Assembly (NCBI RefSeq): GCF_013149785.1
Contig: NZ_JABEZU010000003.1
Location: 186,001-250,000 of the forward strand
DNA: 64,000 nucleotides
Direction of reading: 5' to 3'
Origin: Isoptericola halotolerans
GTDB lineage: Bacteria; Actinomycetota; Actinomycetes; Actinomycetales; Cellulomonadaceae
Position 1 is the first letter of the stretch, and each line of letters begins with the position of its first letter. The position numbers and the translations under genes were made by a program. Below, piece after piece: positions 36,107 through 45,306 of this stretch. Below the pieces are notes generated by a model, which was not told where the DNA came from, did no database searches, and saw only the letters and a list, made by a program, of their open reading frames with translations.

Positions 36107-37092
36107 GCATGAGCGACGAGCGCGACGACGACATCCCGCAGGATCCCGCGGGCGCGACGACGGACCCCGAGGGGAGCACGTCGCCGGCCGACCCCGACCT
36201 GCCGACGGGTCTCGAGAGCGGCGAGGGCGACGACCTTCGCGGCGGCGGGAGCCCGTCCGGTGCCGCGAGCGCCACCGGTGCGGCTCCGCGACCGGCGACG
36301 TGGCCCGGTCCGGGCACCGGCGCGGTGCCGCGCGTGGTGCCGCAGCAGGTCCGGGAGGGCGCCCCGGTGTCCTCCGGCGGCTGGCGTGCCTTGGTCCGGG
36401 CGATGCGACCGCGGGCGAACCGCTCGCAGCTCCTGGCCGCGGTGCTGTGCGCGGCCCTGGGCTTCGCGCTGGTCGTGCAGGTCCAGCAGTCCGCGCAGGA
36501 CCCCCTGTCGTCCGCTCGCCAGGACGACCTGGTGCGGTTGCTCGACGAGGTCACCCAGCGCTCTGAGCGGCTTGCCGAGCAGGTCGCCGAGCTGTCGGCC
36601 ACGCGCGACGAGCTGCAGTCCGGCTCGGGGCAGGCGCAGGCCGCCGTCGACCTGGCCGAGGAGCGTGCCGGCGCCGAGGGCATCCTGTCGGGGCGGTTGC
36701 CGGCGGTCGGGCCGGGGCTGGAGATCGTCATCCGGGACCGTCAGGGGGCGCTGGAGGCCTCGGCCCTGTTCAACGTGCTCGAGGAGCTGCGCAACGCCGG
36801 CGCCGAGGTGGTGGAGCTCAACGACGTCCGCCTGGTGACCTCCACGTGGTTCCGGGACACCGACGAGGGGGTCGTCGTCGACGACCAGCCCCTCGAACCG
36901 CCGTACCGATGGACCGTCATCGGTGACCCGGCGACGCTCAGCCCTGCCCTCGAGATCCCCGGCGGTGCGCTGGCCACGGTGCGCACGGCGGGCGCCGAGG
37001 CGACGACGTTCTCCCACGACGAGGTCGAGGTCACCGCGGTGCGGGAGCCCACCGAGCCGCAGTATGCGACCCCCCGACGTCCGGAGAGCTGA
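36103..37092 (+). CDS. DUF881-family protein (Rv1825-like)
   Basis: LGFALVVQV, GPG, EELRNAGAE, IGDPATL. Confidence 0.9.
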   Translation: MSMSDERDDDIPQDPAGATTDPEGSTSPADPDLPTGLESGEGDDLRGGGSPSGAASATGAAPRPATWPGPGTGAVPRVVPQQVREGAPVSSGGWRALVRAMRPRANRSQLLAAVLCAALGFALVVQVQQSAQDPLSSARQDDLVRLLDEVTQRSERLAEQVAELSATRDELQSGSGQAQAAVDLAEERAGAEGILSGRLPAVGPGLEIVIRDRQGALEASALFNVLEELRNAGAEVVELNDVRLVTSTWFRDTDEGVVVDDQPLEPPYRWTVIGDPATLSPALEIPGGALATVRTAGAEATTFSHDEVEVTAVREPTEPQYATPRRPES

Positions 37093-37190
37093 CGCGGACG
37101 GCTCGTGCTGCTTTCCGCCAGGACGGGAGACGGGGTAGGTTTGTCGGACGACGGCGCACGTCGGACCGCCCGACCCGGCCAGGAGGACTG

Positions 37191-37664
37191 ATGACGGACC
37201 CCCGCGCACTCCCGCACGAGACGGGCGTCGACACGACGGCTCACCTCGGCAGGCTCGGCGCGCCCGCTGAGGAGCAGTTCCCCCGTATCCCTCTGACGGC
37301 GGAGGAGAGCGCGGCCGTGGCCGCACTGCCCCGGCACTCGGCGTTGCTCGTCGTGCAGTACGGATCCGGCGCCGTCGGCGAGCGCTTCCTGCTGGACTCC
37401 GACCGTACGGTCGCCGGGCGCAGCGAGAACGCCGACATCTTCCTCGACGACGTCACCGTCTCACGCAAGCATGCCGAGTTCGTCAGGGAGTCGGAGCGGT
37501 TCGTCGTCCGCGACATCGGTTCGCTGAACGGCACCTACGTCAACCGGGACCGCATCGACGCGGCGACGCTCGCGACCGGCGACGAGGTACAGATCGGCAA
37601 GTTCCGGATGTCCTTCCACGCGAGCCCGCAGGCGCCTCGGGACGACCAGGCGCCGGTCTCGTGA
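37191..37664 (+). CDS. garA: FHA-domain protein GarA/OdhI
   Basis: GRS..DIFLDDVTVSRKHAEF, GSLNGTYVN; N-terminal DTT phosphosite-like motif; synteny. Confidence 0.9.
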   Translation: MTDPRALPHETGVDTTAHLGRLGAPAEEQFPRIPLTAEESAAVAALPRHSALLVVQYGSGAVGERFLLDSDRTVAGRSENADIFLDDVTVSRKHAEFVRESERFVVRDIGSLNGTYVNRDRIDAATLATGDEVQIGKFRMSFHASPQAPRDDQAPVS

Positions 37665-38407
37665 CGTCAGGCGCCGGGGCCGACCAGGTCCTGGAGCCTG
37701 ACGACGCCCCCGAGCCGTGGCCTCGTGGGATCTCTCGCCACGCCTCGATGCGGATCTCCGAGGTGCTCGGCCAGCTCCGTGGCGACTTCCCCGCGGTCTC
37801 GCACTCCAAGCTGAGGTTCCTGGAGGAGCAGGGGCTCATCACCCCGGTGCGCACCCCGGCGGGCTACCGGCAGTACAGTGCGGCGGACGTCGAGAGGCTG
37901 CGCTTCGTCCTGGCCGAGCAGCGCGACTCCTACCTCCCGCTGAAGGTCATCAAGGAGCGGCTGTCTGCCATGGACGCCGGGGAGCCCGCACCCGGCCCCG
38001 CGCCGCGACTCGCCTCCCCGGTCGAGGACCCGGCGGGTCCCTCGCGTCGCCGCTGGACCGTGGAGTCGGTCAGCGAGGCGAGCGACATGCCGGAGGACTT
38101 CGTCCGCGCGCTCGTCACCGCCGGTGTGCTGCGCACCTCGTCCGGCTACCTGGACACCTCGGCACCGGACGTCGTACGGATCGCCGGTCGCCTTGCCGAG
38201 CACGGCATCGAACCGCGGCACCTGCGGCCGTTGCGCTCGTCGGCCGACCGGCACGTGGGCCTGGTGGACCAGGTGGTCGCCCCCTACCGCAGCCAGCAGA
38301 CGACCGATGGTCGCGCGCACGCCGCGGAGCTCGCCGAGGAGCTCGGCGACCTGGTGTCGCGCCTGCACGGGGCATGGGTCCGCGAGGGGACCGCCCAGCT
38401 GGGGTAG
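37661..38407 (+). CDS. ftsR: MerR-family regulator FtsR (Rv1828-like)
   Basis: SKLRFLEEQGLITPVRTPAGYRQYS, YLPLKVIKE; follows garA. Confidence 0.85.
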   Translation: MTSGAGADQVLEPDDAPEPWPRGISRHASMRISEVLGQLRGDFPAVSHSKLRFLEEQGLITPVRTPAGYRQYSAADVERLRFVLAEQRDSYLPLKVIKERLSAMDAGEPAPGPAPRLASPVEDPAGPSRRRWTVESVSEASDMPEDFVRALVTAGVLRTSSGYLDTSAPDVVRIAGRLAEHGIEPRHLRPLRSSADRHVGLVDQVVAPYRSQQTTDGRAHAAELAEELGDLVSRLHGAWVREGTAQLG

Positions 38408-38469
38408 CCGGGCACGAGCATCCCGGCTCCGCAGCGCGGGCAGGCTCCCGGCGGCATACCGTGGACGGT

Positions 38470-39006
38470 GTGGAGAGCGACGACGAGGCCGAAGCGCCGA
38501 TGGTGCCGGTCGAGGTGCTCGGGGTACGGCAGCAGCAGGCCGATCAGGAGATCGTGGTCCTGCTGTTCGACACCGCCGCCGAGCTCGCCGTACCGATCGT
38601 GATCGGAGCGCGGGAGGCATCCGCGATCGCGATGGCCCAGGCCGGGGTCGCGACCCCACGACCCATGACCCATGACCTGCTGCGCGACCTGCTCGGTGCC
38701 GTAGGTGTCAGCCTGGACCGTGTCGAGATCGTCTCGCTCGACGGCGGCATCTTCTTCGCCGAGCTGGTGCTCTCCACCGGCGTACGGCTCGACTCGCGCG
38801 CTTCCGACGCGATCGCGCTCGCCGTCCGCACCGAGAGCCCGGTGCTGTGCTCGGCCGAGGTGGTCGCCGCGGCAGGGGTCGAGGTCGTCGACCTCGACCA
38901 GCAGAAGGAGGTCGAGAAGTTCCGTGACTTCCTGGACCACGTCACCGCCGAGGACTTCACGACGCCCGGGGGGCCTCCCGAGCTCGGGGACGACACGCCA
39001 CCATGA
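38470..39006 (+). CDS. Bifunctional nuclease family protein (DUF151, Rv1829-like; start uncertain)
   Basis: PIVIGAREA, RPMTHDL, DSRASDAIALA. Confidence 0.92.
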   Translation: MESDDEAEAPMVPVEVLGVRQQQADQEIVVLLFDTAAELAVPIVIGAREASAIAMAQAGVATPRPMTHDLLRDLLGAVGVSLDRVEIVSLDGGIFFAELVLSTGVRLDSRASDAIALAVRTESPVLCSAEVVAAAGVEVVDLDQQKEVEKFRDFLDHVTAEDFTTPGGPPELGDDTPP

Positions 39007-39166
39007 CCTTCAAGTCCCGGATGAAGGTTGGCGGGCTATGGTGGAGGCGAACCCTCGACCGGTGGTTCACGGTCAGCACGGCAGGTCACGGGATCGCATC
39101 GGTCCGCGACACGCCGACCCGCTCGCGCACGACGTCTTTGACGCCCCTGGTGGGCGGTCCTAGCGT
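39006..39166 (+). promoter_or_regulatory. Two ACCYTCR-N9 palindromes plus a SigA promoter
   Basis: ACCTTCA-N9-TGAAGGT (39006-39028), ACCCTCG-N9-TCACGGT (39051-39073); TTGACG (39138)-17 nt-TAGCGT (39161). Confidence 0.6.
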
Positions 39167-39189
39167 GGAACCGACATCTTGGAGGCACA

Positions 39190-39771
39190 GTGAACAGCAG
39201 CGGTGAGGTGAGCGTCGAGGCCGGCGCGGTGCCGGCCGGCGCCCAAGGACTTCTCTTCGGTGAGGACCTCACGGAGCAGGACAGCGGCACCGGCTACCGC
39301 GGCACCACGGCATGCCGTGTCGCGGGCATCACGTACCGGCAGCTCGACTACTGGGCTCGCACCGGGCTGGTCGAGCCGTCGATCCGGTCGGCGAGCGGTT
39401 CCGGCACGCACCGTCTCTACAGCTTCCGTGACGTGCTGGTGCTCAAGGTGGTCAAGCGGCTCCTCGACACCGGGGTGTCCCTGCAGCAGATCCGCGCCGC
39501 CGTGACCCAGCTGCGCATGCGAGGGGTCGACGACCTGGCCCAGATCACGTTGATGAGCGACGGCGCCTCCGTCTACGAGTGCACGTCCCCCGACGAGGTC
39601 GTCGACCTCGTCCAAGGAGGTCAAGGGGTCTTCGGCATCGCCGTCGGGCGCGTGTGGCGCGAGGTCGAGGGGACACTGTCCCAGATGCCCACCGAGTCTC
39701 TCGACGACGAGGGCGGGCCGTACGGTGAGGACGAGCTCGCAGCCCGCCGTCGGGCACGCCACGTGGGCTGA
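39190..39771 (+). CDS. MerR-family regulator (Rv1830-like)
   Basis: GITYRQLDYWARTGLVEPS, RLYSFRD, GQGVFGIA. Confidence 0.93.
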   Translation: MNSSGEVSVEAGAVPAGAQGLLFGEDLTEQDSGTGYRGTTACRVAGITYRQLDYWARTGLVEPSIRSASGSGTHRLYSFRDVLVLKVVKRLLDTGVSLQQIRAAVTQLRMRGVDDLAQITLMSDGASVYECTSPDEVVDLVQGGQGVFGIAVGRVWREVEGTLSQMPTESLDDEGGPYGEDELAARRRARHVG

Positions 39772-40430
39772 TGCTCCTGACGTTCCACGGGCACGCCTGC
39801 GTCGCGCTCGACGGCGGTGGTGCCCGTCTGGTCATCGACCCCGGTACTTTGGCCGACAGCGTGAGCGCGTTGGTGGGCGCCACCGCGATCCTGGTCACGC
39901 ACGAGCACCCCGACCACCTCGACGTGGAGTCAGCGGTCGGGGCGATGCGCGCCGACGAACTCCTCACGGCCCACGGCACGGCAGGCGTGCTGTCGATGCT
40001 GGCTGCCGCCGGCGCGCCGCCGACCAGGCTCCACGAGGTCACACCCGGCCAGGAGCTCCGGTTCGGCGACGCACGGGTCGCCGTCGGCGGCGGTGACCAC
40101 GCACCCATCCACCCCCGCGTGCCGCAGGTCGAGAACCGCTCGTTCACCGTCGGCATGGGCGACAGGACCGCCCACCACCCCGGCGACTCCTTCGACCTGC
40201 CCGCAGGAGGCATCGACGTGCTGTGCCTGCCGGTGTCCGGCCCCTGGCTCCGCCTCGCCGAGGCCATGGACGCCGCGCAGGCCGCGAGCGCCCGCACGGT
40301 GGTGCCGGTGCACGACGCGCTGCTCAGCGAGGTCGGCCATGAGCTCGTGCGCAGGTGGCTCGACACCGCCCGGCTCGGAGGCGAGTACGCGTACCGCCCG
40401 CTCGACGTGGGGGAGTCCCTCGAGGTCTGA
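39771..40430 (+). CDS. Metallo-beta-lactamase-fold hydrolase
   Basis: GHAC, IDPG, THEHPDH, HPGDS, VPVHD. Confidence 0.9.
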   Translation: MLLTFHGHACVALDGGGARLVIDPGTLADSVSALVGATAILVTHEHPDHLDVESAVGAMRADELLTAHGTAGVLSMLAAAGAPPTRLHEVTPGQELRFGDARVAVGGGDHAPIHPRVPQVENRSFTVGMGDRTAHHPGDSFDLPAGGIDVLCLPVSGPWLRLAEAMDAAQAASARTVVPVHDALLSEVGHELVRRWLDTARLGGEYAYRPLDVGESLEV

Positions 40431-40445
40431 CGGCACGCCTGCCGG

Positions 40446-41729
40446 TCAGAGCAGGGGCTCGAGCGGCTCGAGGATCCGTTCGGCGATCTTGGTCAGCGGC
40501 GAGCGCTCGGTCCACTCGTCGTAGGTCAGCTCGCGGGAGTTGGACTCGTCCATCCGGAACACCTCCTCGAGCGTGCTCGCCAGCCCGTTGTCGACGATCT
40601 CGAGATTGATCTCGTAGTTGCCCGTCAGGCTCAGGCGGTCGATGTTCGCGGTGCCCACGGTGGACCAACGACCGTCGATCGTCGCCGTCTTGGCGTGCAC
40701 CATGGCGCCTTCGTAGAGCATGATGCGCACCCCGCCGCGCAACAGCTTGGTGTACCGCCCACGGGCGAGCCAGTCGGCCAGCGAGTGGTTCGAGCGTTCG
40801 GGCACCAGCACCCGCACGTCGACGCCGCGCGCGGCGGCCGCGAGCAGGGCCTGGAGGATGTCGCGGTCGGGGATGAAGTAGGCCTGCGTGATGTAGACGT
40901 GGCTCGTCGCGCGGTCGATGGCGTCCAGGTACAGCCCACGGATCGGGAAGACGAGGTCGCTGGGCGCGTTGCGGGCGGCGCGCAGGCTGGGCTGCCAGTG
41001 CGCCGCGCCCTTGTCCTGCAGCACGGGGTGCTTGGCCGAGCGCCACCGGTTCCAGAAGTCGACGAAGGCGTTCTGCAGCTCCCACGCCGCACGGCCCTGC
41101 AGCCGCAGGTGGGTGTCGCGCCACTTGGTCGCGTACTCCTCACCGATGTTGTAGCCGCCGACGAAGGCGGTCTCCTCGTCCACGACGAGGATCTTGCGGT
41201 GGTCCCGACCGGAACGACGCACGTTCAGGGTGAGCAGCCCTGCGCGCAGAGCGGGGAACCGCAGCACGTGGACCTGCGGCGGGAAGTGGAAGAAGGACCG
41301 CGGCACGACGAGGTTGGCGAAGGCGTCGTAGATGACGTAGACCTCCACCCCTCGTGCGACGGCGTCCGCGATGGCCTGCTTGAAGCGTTCGCCGGTCTGG
41401 TCGCCCTTCCAGATGTACGACTCGAGGAAGACGGTGTGCTGCGCGTGGTCGATCGCCTCGAGCATCGCGTCGTAGAGGTCGGCGCCGTAGGTGTACAGGG
41501 TCGCGGTGGTCCCGTCGATGTCCGTCGACGTCGGTGGTGCCGTCGGGAACTTGCTGTCGAGGGGGTACCGCTGGCCACGGATCTTGTCGGTCACCATGAC
41601 CGCCGCGCCGGCCACGAGCGGCACGGCGCCGGCGATCAGCGCGACACGTCGGGCGGCCCTGCCGATGCGCCGCCAGTCGGCCTGGATCCGGACCGGGGAC
41701 GTGGGGCGGGGGTCGAGGGAGCGGGGCAC
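40446..41729 (-). CDS. Phospholipase D family / cardiolipin synthase-like protein
   Basis: Two HKD motifs: DHRKILVVD..GGYN and HAKTATID..GTAN. Confidence 0.92.
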   Translation of the reverse strand: MPRSLDPRPTSPVRIQADWRRIGRAARRVALIAGAVPLVAGAAVMVTDKIRGQRYPLDSKFPTAPPTSTDIDGTTATLYTYGADLYDAMLEAIDHAQHTVFLESYIWKGDQTGERFKQAIADAVARGVEVYVIYDAFANLVVPRSFFHFPPQVHVLRFPALRAGLLTLNVRRSGRDHRKILVVDEETAFVGGYNIGEEYATKWRDTHLRLQGRAAWELQNAFVDFWNRWRSAKHPVLQDKGAAHWQPSLRAARNAPSDLVFPIRGLYLDAIDRATSHVYITQAYFIPDRDILQALLAAAARGVDVRVLVPERSNHSLADWLARGRYTKLLRGGVRIMLYEGAMVHAKTATIDGRWSTVGTANIDRLSLTGNYEINLEIVDNGLASTLEEVFRMDESNSRELTYDEWTERSPLTKIAERILEPLEPLL

Positions 41730-41733
41730 GGTC

Positions 41734-42834
41734 TCACGCTAGCGGCGACGGCTGCGTCGCGCCTGGTGATTCGGCCGCGAGTCCGGGTGAGTCTGCCCCC
41801 AGCGCGCCGGAGAGCGGGTGCGTGCGGATGGCGGCGGCAAGCTCTCCGTCGATCCGGTCGAGGTAGACGCCGGTGGTCGCGATGGACGAGTGGCCGAGCA
41901 GCTCGGCGACGACCTTGACGTCCCACCCGTCGGCGACGAGGAGCGTCGCCGTGGTGTGCCGCAGCGCGTGCGGGGTGGCCGGGCGGCGGTACGGCTCGGG
42001 CATGCGGGCCACCGCACGGGCGAGCAGCGCCCGGATGGCCTGGGTGTCGAGACGGCGCCCGCGCCAGGACAGGAGCAGGGCGCGCTGGGCGTCGGGGTCG
42101 TCGGGGCGTCGGGCCGCGAGACGTGGACGCAGCTCGCCCAGGTAGAGCTCGAGCGCCGTCGCCAGGGGAGGGCTGAGGGTCACGGAGCGGTGCGTGCCGC
42201 CCTTGCCCACGATCCGCCACCTGGTCTCCTGGGGCTCACGGACGAAGTCGGCGACGTCGGCGCGGGCCAGCTCGGAGACACGGGGGCCGAGCACGAGCAG
42301 CAGGGCGACGACGAGCCGGTCGCGTGGTGCCAGCGCCTGGTCGCGCCGGGGACGGTCGCTTCCGGTGGTCGAGCCCGTCGAGACCATCAGCGCCTGCGCG
42401 GCCGACGCCGACAGCGCCGTGCGAGCGACCCGTAGGCCGCCCCGTGCCCTGGCGGGGGGTGACGCCCACTGCATCGGGTCGGCCTGCACCCAGCACTCGC
42501 GCGCCGCGTGGGTGAAGAACCGCGTGACGGACTGGCGGAACCGGTTGACCGTGGCCGTCGAGCGGCCGGGTGCTCCCTTGCGTGCCGGGTCGACGTACCG
42601 GCCGTCGGGGCTGGCCTGGTAGCGCACGAGCGCGTCATCGACGTCGTCGCCGGTGACGTCGTCGAGCACGCGCTGCGGGCCGAGCAGGCCGCAGAGCTCG
42701 GTGATGTCCCGCTCGTAGCTGCGGCAGGTGGCGGGTGACAGCACACCGCGGACCGCCTCGACGCGGACGGAGGCCAGGTAGCGGTCGGCGGCCTCGGCCA
42801 CGGTGATGCGTTCGAGGCGCGGGGGAGCAACCAT
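41734..42834 (-). CDS. Tyrosine recombinase, XerC/D-like size (366 aa)
   Basis: Catalytic R (GPRVSE), K (GKGG), HxxR (PHALRH), H (LLGH), Y (TTGVY); TAGAGT -10 is 7 nt before the ATG. Confidence 0.93.
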   Translation of the reverse strand: MVAPPRLERITVAEAADRYLASVRVEAVRGVLSPATCRSYERDITELCGLLGPQRVLDDVTGDDVDDALVRYQASPDGRYVDPARKGAPGRSTATVNRFRQSVTRFFTHAARECWVQADPMQWASPPARARGGLRVARTALSASAAQALMVSTGSTTGSDRPRRDQALAPRDRLVVALLLVLGPRVSELARADVADFVREPQETRWRIVGKGGTHRSVTLSPPLATALELYLGELRPRLAARRPDDPDAQRALLLSWRGRRLDTQAIRALLARAVARMPEPYRRPATPHALRHTTATLLVADGWDVKVVAELLGHSSIATTGVYLDRIDGELAAAIRTHPLSGALGADSPGLAAESPGATQPSPLA

Positions 42835-42982
42835 GGTCCGCACTCTAGGCGGGACCCCCGACACTGCCACGGGGGCGACCGGCACGCACAAATGGCCTGT
42901 GACCTGCGGCTGCGATGGCGGGCCCGGGCTGCTGTCGGCGGGTCAGCCTGAGCGTCCGCCCGTGTCGTGGGCGTCGGCCTGA

Positions 42983-43567
42983 TCAGCCGTCGTGAACCGG
43001 CTCGACGAGCGACCGCAGCAGCAGGCGCAGGCCTGCCGCGACGTCGTCGGCCCCGGGCACGCCGGGAAACGCGAGTCGCCGCAGCACGACGCCATCGAGG
43101 TGCGCCATGACGATCGCGGTGTGCTCCGCCGGCCGGGACGACCCGATCGCAGCCAGCCAGCTCTGACCGATCGCCGCGACCCGTCGGCCGGCCCGTTCGA
43201 CCTCGCGACGCAGCGCCGGGTCGCGGGCTGCCTCCGTGAAGAGCGCATACCGCGCGACGCTGAGGGTGCGCAGCGGGCCGGTGAGCTGTTGGACGGTCGC
43301 GGCGAGCGTGGTCGCCAGCATGTCGGGGGAGGCGGGGCGGTCCCGGGCCGCACGCCGTTCCCAGCCGACCAGCTCAACCTCGACGAGTCGTGCCGTCATC
43401 GCCTGGAGGAGTGCCTCGCGGGTGCGGAACAGGTTCGACGTCGAGCCGTTCGGGAGCCCGGCGGCCGCGTCGACGGCTCGGTGCGTGAGTGCTCGCAGGC
43501 CCTCCGTGCCGATCACCTCGATCCCTGCGTCGAGGACCCGGTTCACCCGGGACGGGTCAGCTGCCAT
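42983..43567 (-). CDS. TetR-family regulator
   Basis: GLRALTHRAVDAAAGLPNGSTSNLFRTREAL. Confidence 0.92.
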   Translation of the reverse strand: MAADPSRVNRVLDAGIEVIGTEGLRALTHRAVDAAAGLPNGSTSNLFRTREALLQAMTARLVEVELVGWERRAARDRPASPDMLATTLAATVQQLTGPLRTLSVARYALFTEAARDPALRREVERAGRRVAAIGQSWLAAIGSSRPAEHTAIVMAHLDGVVLRRLAFPGVPGADDVAAGLRLLLRSLVEPVHDG

Positions 43568-43575
43568 ACGGTGAC

Positions 43576-43609
43576 ACTACAGGTGTAGTCAAACGACTAC
43601 ACCTGTAGT
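43576..43609. promoter_or_regulatory. Tandem TetR operators in the divergent promoter
   Basis: ACTACA-GG-TGTAGT and ACTACA-CC-TGTAGT, which together form the perfect 15-bp inverted repeat ACTACAGGTGTAGTC-AAAC-GACTACACCTGTAGT. Confidence 0.85.
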
Positions 43610-43621
43610 AGCGTCGCGAGC

Positions 43622-44695
43622 ATGCAGACTGCGACGATCATCGGCGGCGGGATCTCCGGCGCGGCGAGCGCCGTCGGGCTCGCCCGCGCCGGCTGGCACG
43701 TGACGGTGCACGAGCGGGCTGATCGGCTCGAGACCAGCGGCGCCGCGCTCGGCATCTGGCCGACTGCCCTGACGGCCCTCGACGAGCTGGGCCTGGGGGA
43801 GCAGGTGCGGTCGGTTGCCACGCCGCAGGGGTCGGGCGTTCTGCGCCGGCCCGACGGGAGCCGGATCGCGACCATCGACGCCGACCGGGTCAGCAGACGG
43901 GCGGGTGACGTCGTCCACCTGGTCGCCCGCCGTGACCTCGCGGCGATCCTCGACGCGGCCCTGCCGGCGGGCGCCGTACGGTACGGGTCGCCGGTGCGCG
44001 CGGACGGGCGCGAGTCGCGGGCGTCCGACGTCGTGGTCGTCGCCGACGGCGTGTTCAGCGCCAACCGGAGCCTGCTGCTCGGCGACCGGTTCCAGGCGCG
44101 GCGCACAGGACAGACCGCGTTCCGCGGCCGGGTCGCGGTCATGACGCACGAGGTGAGCGAGACGTGGGGTGCCGGCCGACGCGTCGGCCTGTCGCCGTAT
44201 CGCGACGGGACCACCAACTGGTACGCCTCTGTCGATCAGGCTCCGGCCCGTGGGCGTCCCGGGGAGGCTGAGTGGTTGCGAGGCTGCTTCGCCGGGTGGC
44301 ACGAGCCGATCGGCGAGGTCCTGGGCGAGCTGGACGACCACGACGTCTCGCGCCACGACCTCTATGACGTCCACCCCCGGCTGCCCACCTACGCCGCCGG
44401 CCACGCGGTGATGGTGGGGGATGCCGCGCGCGGCATGACGCCGGACCTCGGGCGCGGTGCCTGCGAGGCGCTCGTCGACGCAGTGACGCTGAGCCGCTGT
44501 CTGTCCGGTGGTCGCGCGAAGGGGGAGAGGGGCGAGGCGGTCGACGTCGGGCGCGCCCTGGCGCGGTACGACGCCACGCGGCGCCCTGTGACCCAGCGGC
44601 TGCAGGCCGCGTCCTACGGGCTGGGCAGGCTCGCGCACGCGCGGCGCATGACGGTCCTCCGTGACGTCGCCGTGCGAGCGGCGCTGTCGTCCTGA
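43622..44695 (+). CDS. FAD-dependent monooxygenase (group A)
   Basis: GGGISG, ADG, GDAARGMTPDLGRG. Confidence 0.9.
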   Translation: MQTATIIGGGISGAASAVGLARAGWHVTVHERADRLETSGAALGIWPTALTALDELGLGEQVRSVATPQGSGVLRRPDGSRIATIDADRVSRRAGDVVHLVARRDLAAILDAALPAGAVRYGSPVRADGRESRASDVVVVADGVFSANRSLLLGDRFQARRTGQTAFRGRVAVMTHEVSETWGAGRRVGLSPYRDGTTNWYASVDQAPARGRPGEAEWLRGCFAGWHEPIGEVLGELDDHDVSRHDLYDVHPRLPTYAAGHAVMVGDAARGMTPDLGRGACEALVDAVTLSRCLSGGRAKGERGEAVDVGRALARYDATRRPVTQRLQAASYGLGRLAHARRMTVLRDVAVRAALSS

Positions 44696-44868
44696 GCTCG
44701 CCCACACGACTGTGTTGCGCCAAACACAATGGTTTGACCTGTCTGTCCGTTTTAGCCTAGCGGACCGACCGGCGGGACGCGACCGAGATGGTGTCCGAGA
44801 ACACCGGGTCGCGCCCGTCGCAGGCGTCAGGCCCGTGCGATCATCGAGGGCAGGGCCCGACAGGGCTC

Positions 44869-44911
44869 CCGGACGAGGGGTGCCGTACCCGGAGCGCGAC
44901 AAGACGGCATC
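44869..44911 (+). ncRNA. Guanidine-III (ykkC-III) riboswitch
   Basis: CCGGACGAGG-GGTGCCGT-ACCCGG-AGCGC-GACAAG-ACGGCATC pseudoknot consensus directly before the SD of an SMR gene. Confidence 0.93.
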
Positions 44912-44926
44912 GGGGAGTGTTCTGTC

Positions 44927-45244
44927 ATGGCATGGATCATCCTGGTCGCGTCCGGTGTGCTGGAGGCCGTCTGGGCGACGGCTCTGGGTCGCTCCGAGGG
45001 ATTCTCGCGGCTCGTGCCCAGCATCGTGTTCGCCGTCGCGCTCGTCGCCAGCATGGGCGGGCTGGCGTACGCGCTGCGTGAGCTGCCGGTCGGCACGGCC
45101 TACGCCGTCTGGGTCGGTATCGGCGCCTCGTTGACCGCGGGCTACGCGATGGCCACCGGCGCGGAGCCGGTGACCGTCCTGCGGATCGTGCTGATCCTCG
45201 GGATCGTGGGCTGCGTGGCCGGGCTGAAGGCCACGACCCACTGA
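44927..45244 (+). CDS. sugE: SMR guanidinium exporter (SugE/Gdx)
   Basis: MAWIILVASGVLEAVWA, LPVGTAYAVWVGIG; guanidine riboswitch upstream. Confidence 0.93.
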   Translation: MAWIILVASGVLEAVWATALGRSEGFSRLVPSIVFAVALVASMGGLAYALRELPVGTAYAVWVGIGASLTAGYAMATGAEPVTVLRIVLILGIVGCVAGLKATTH

Positions 45245-45306
45245 GCCGGTGCCGCGGGGCCACCGGGGTCGTCGAGGGGACTGGTCGAGCCGCTCCTTCT
45301 GCGCCG

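Noticed and set aside
44853..44868. Guanidine-II (mini-ykkC) hairpin GGGCCC-GACA-GGGCTC
   Set aside because: Loop is GACA, not ACGR, and there is no twin hairpin
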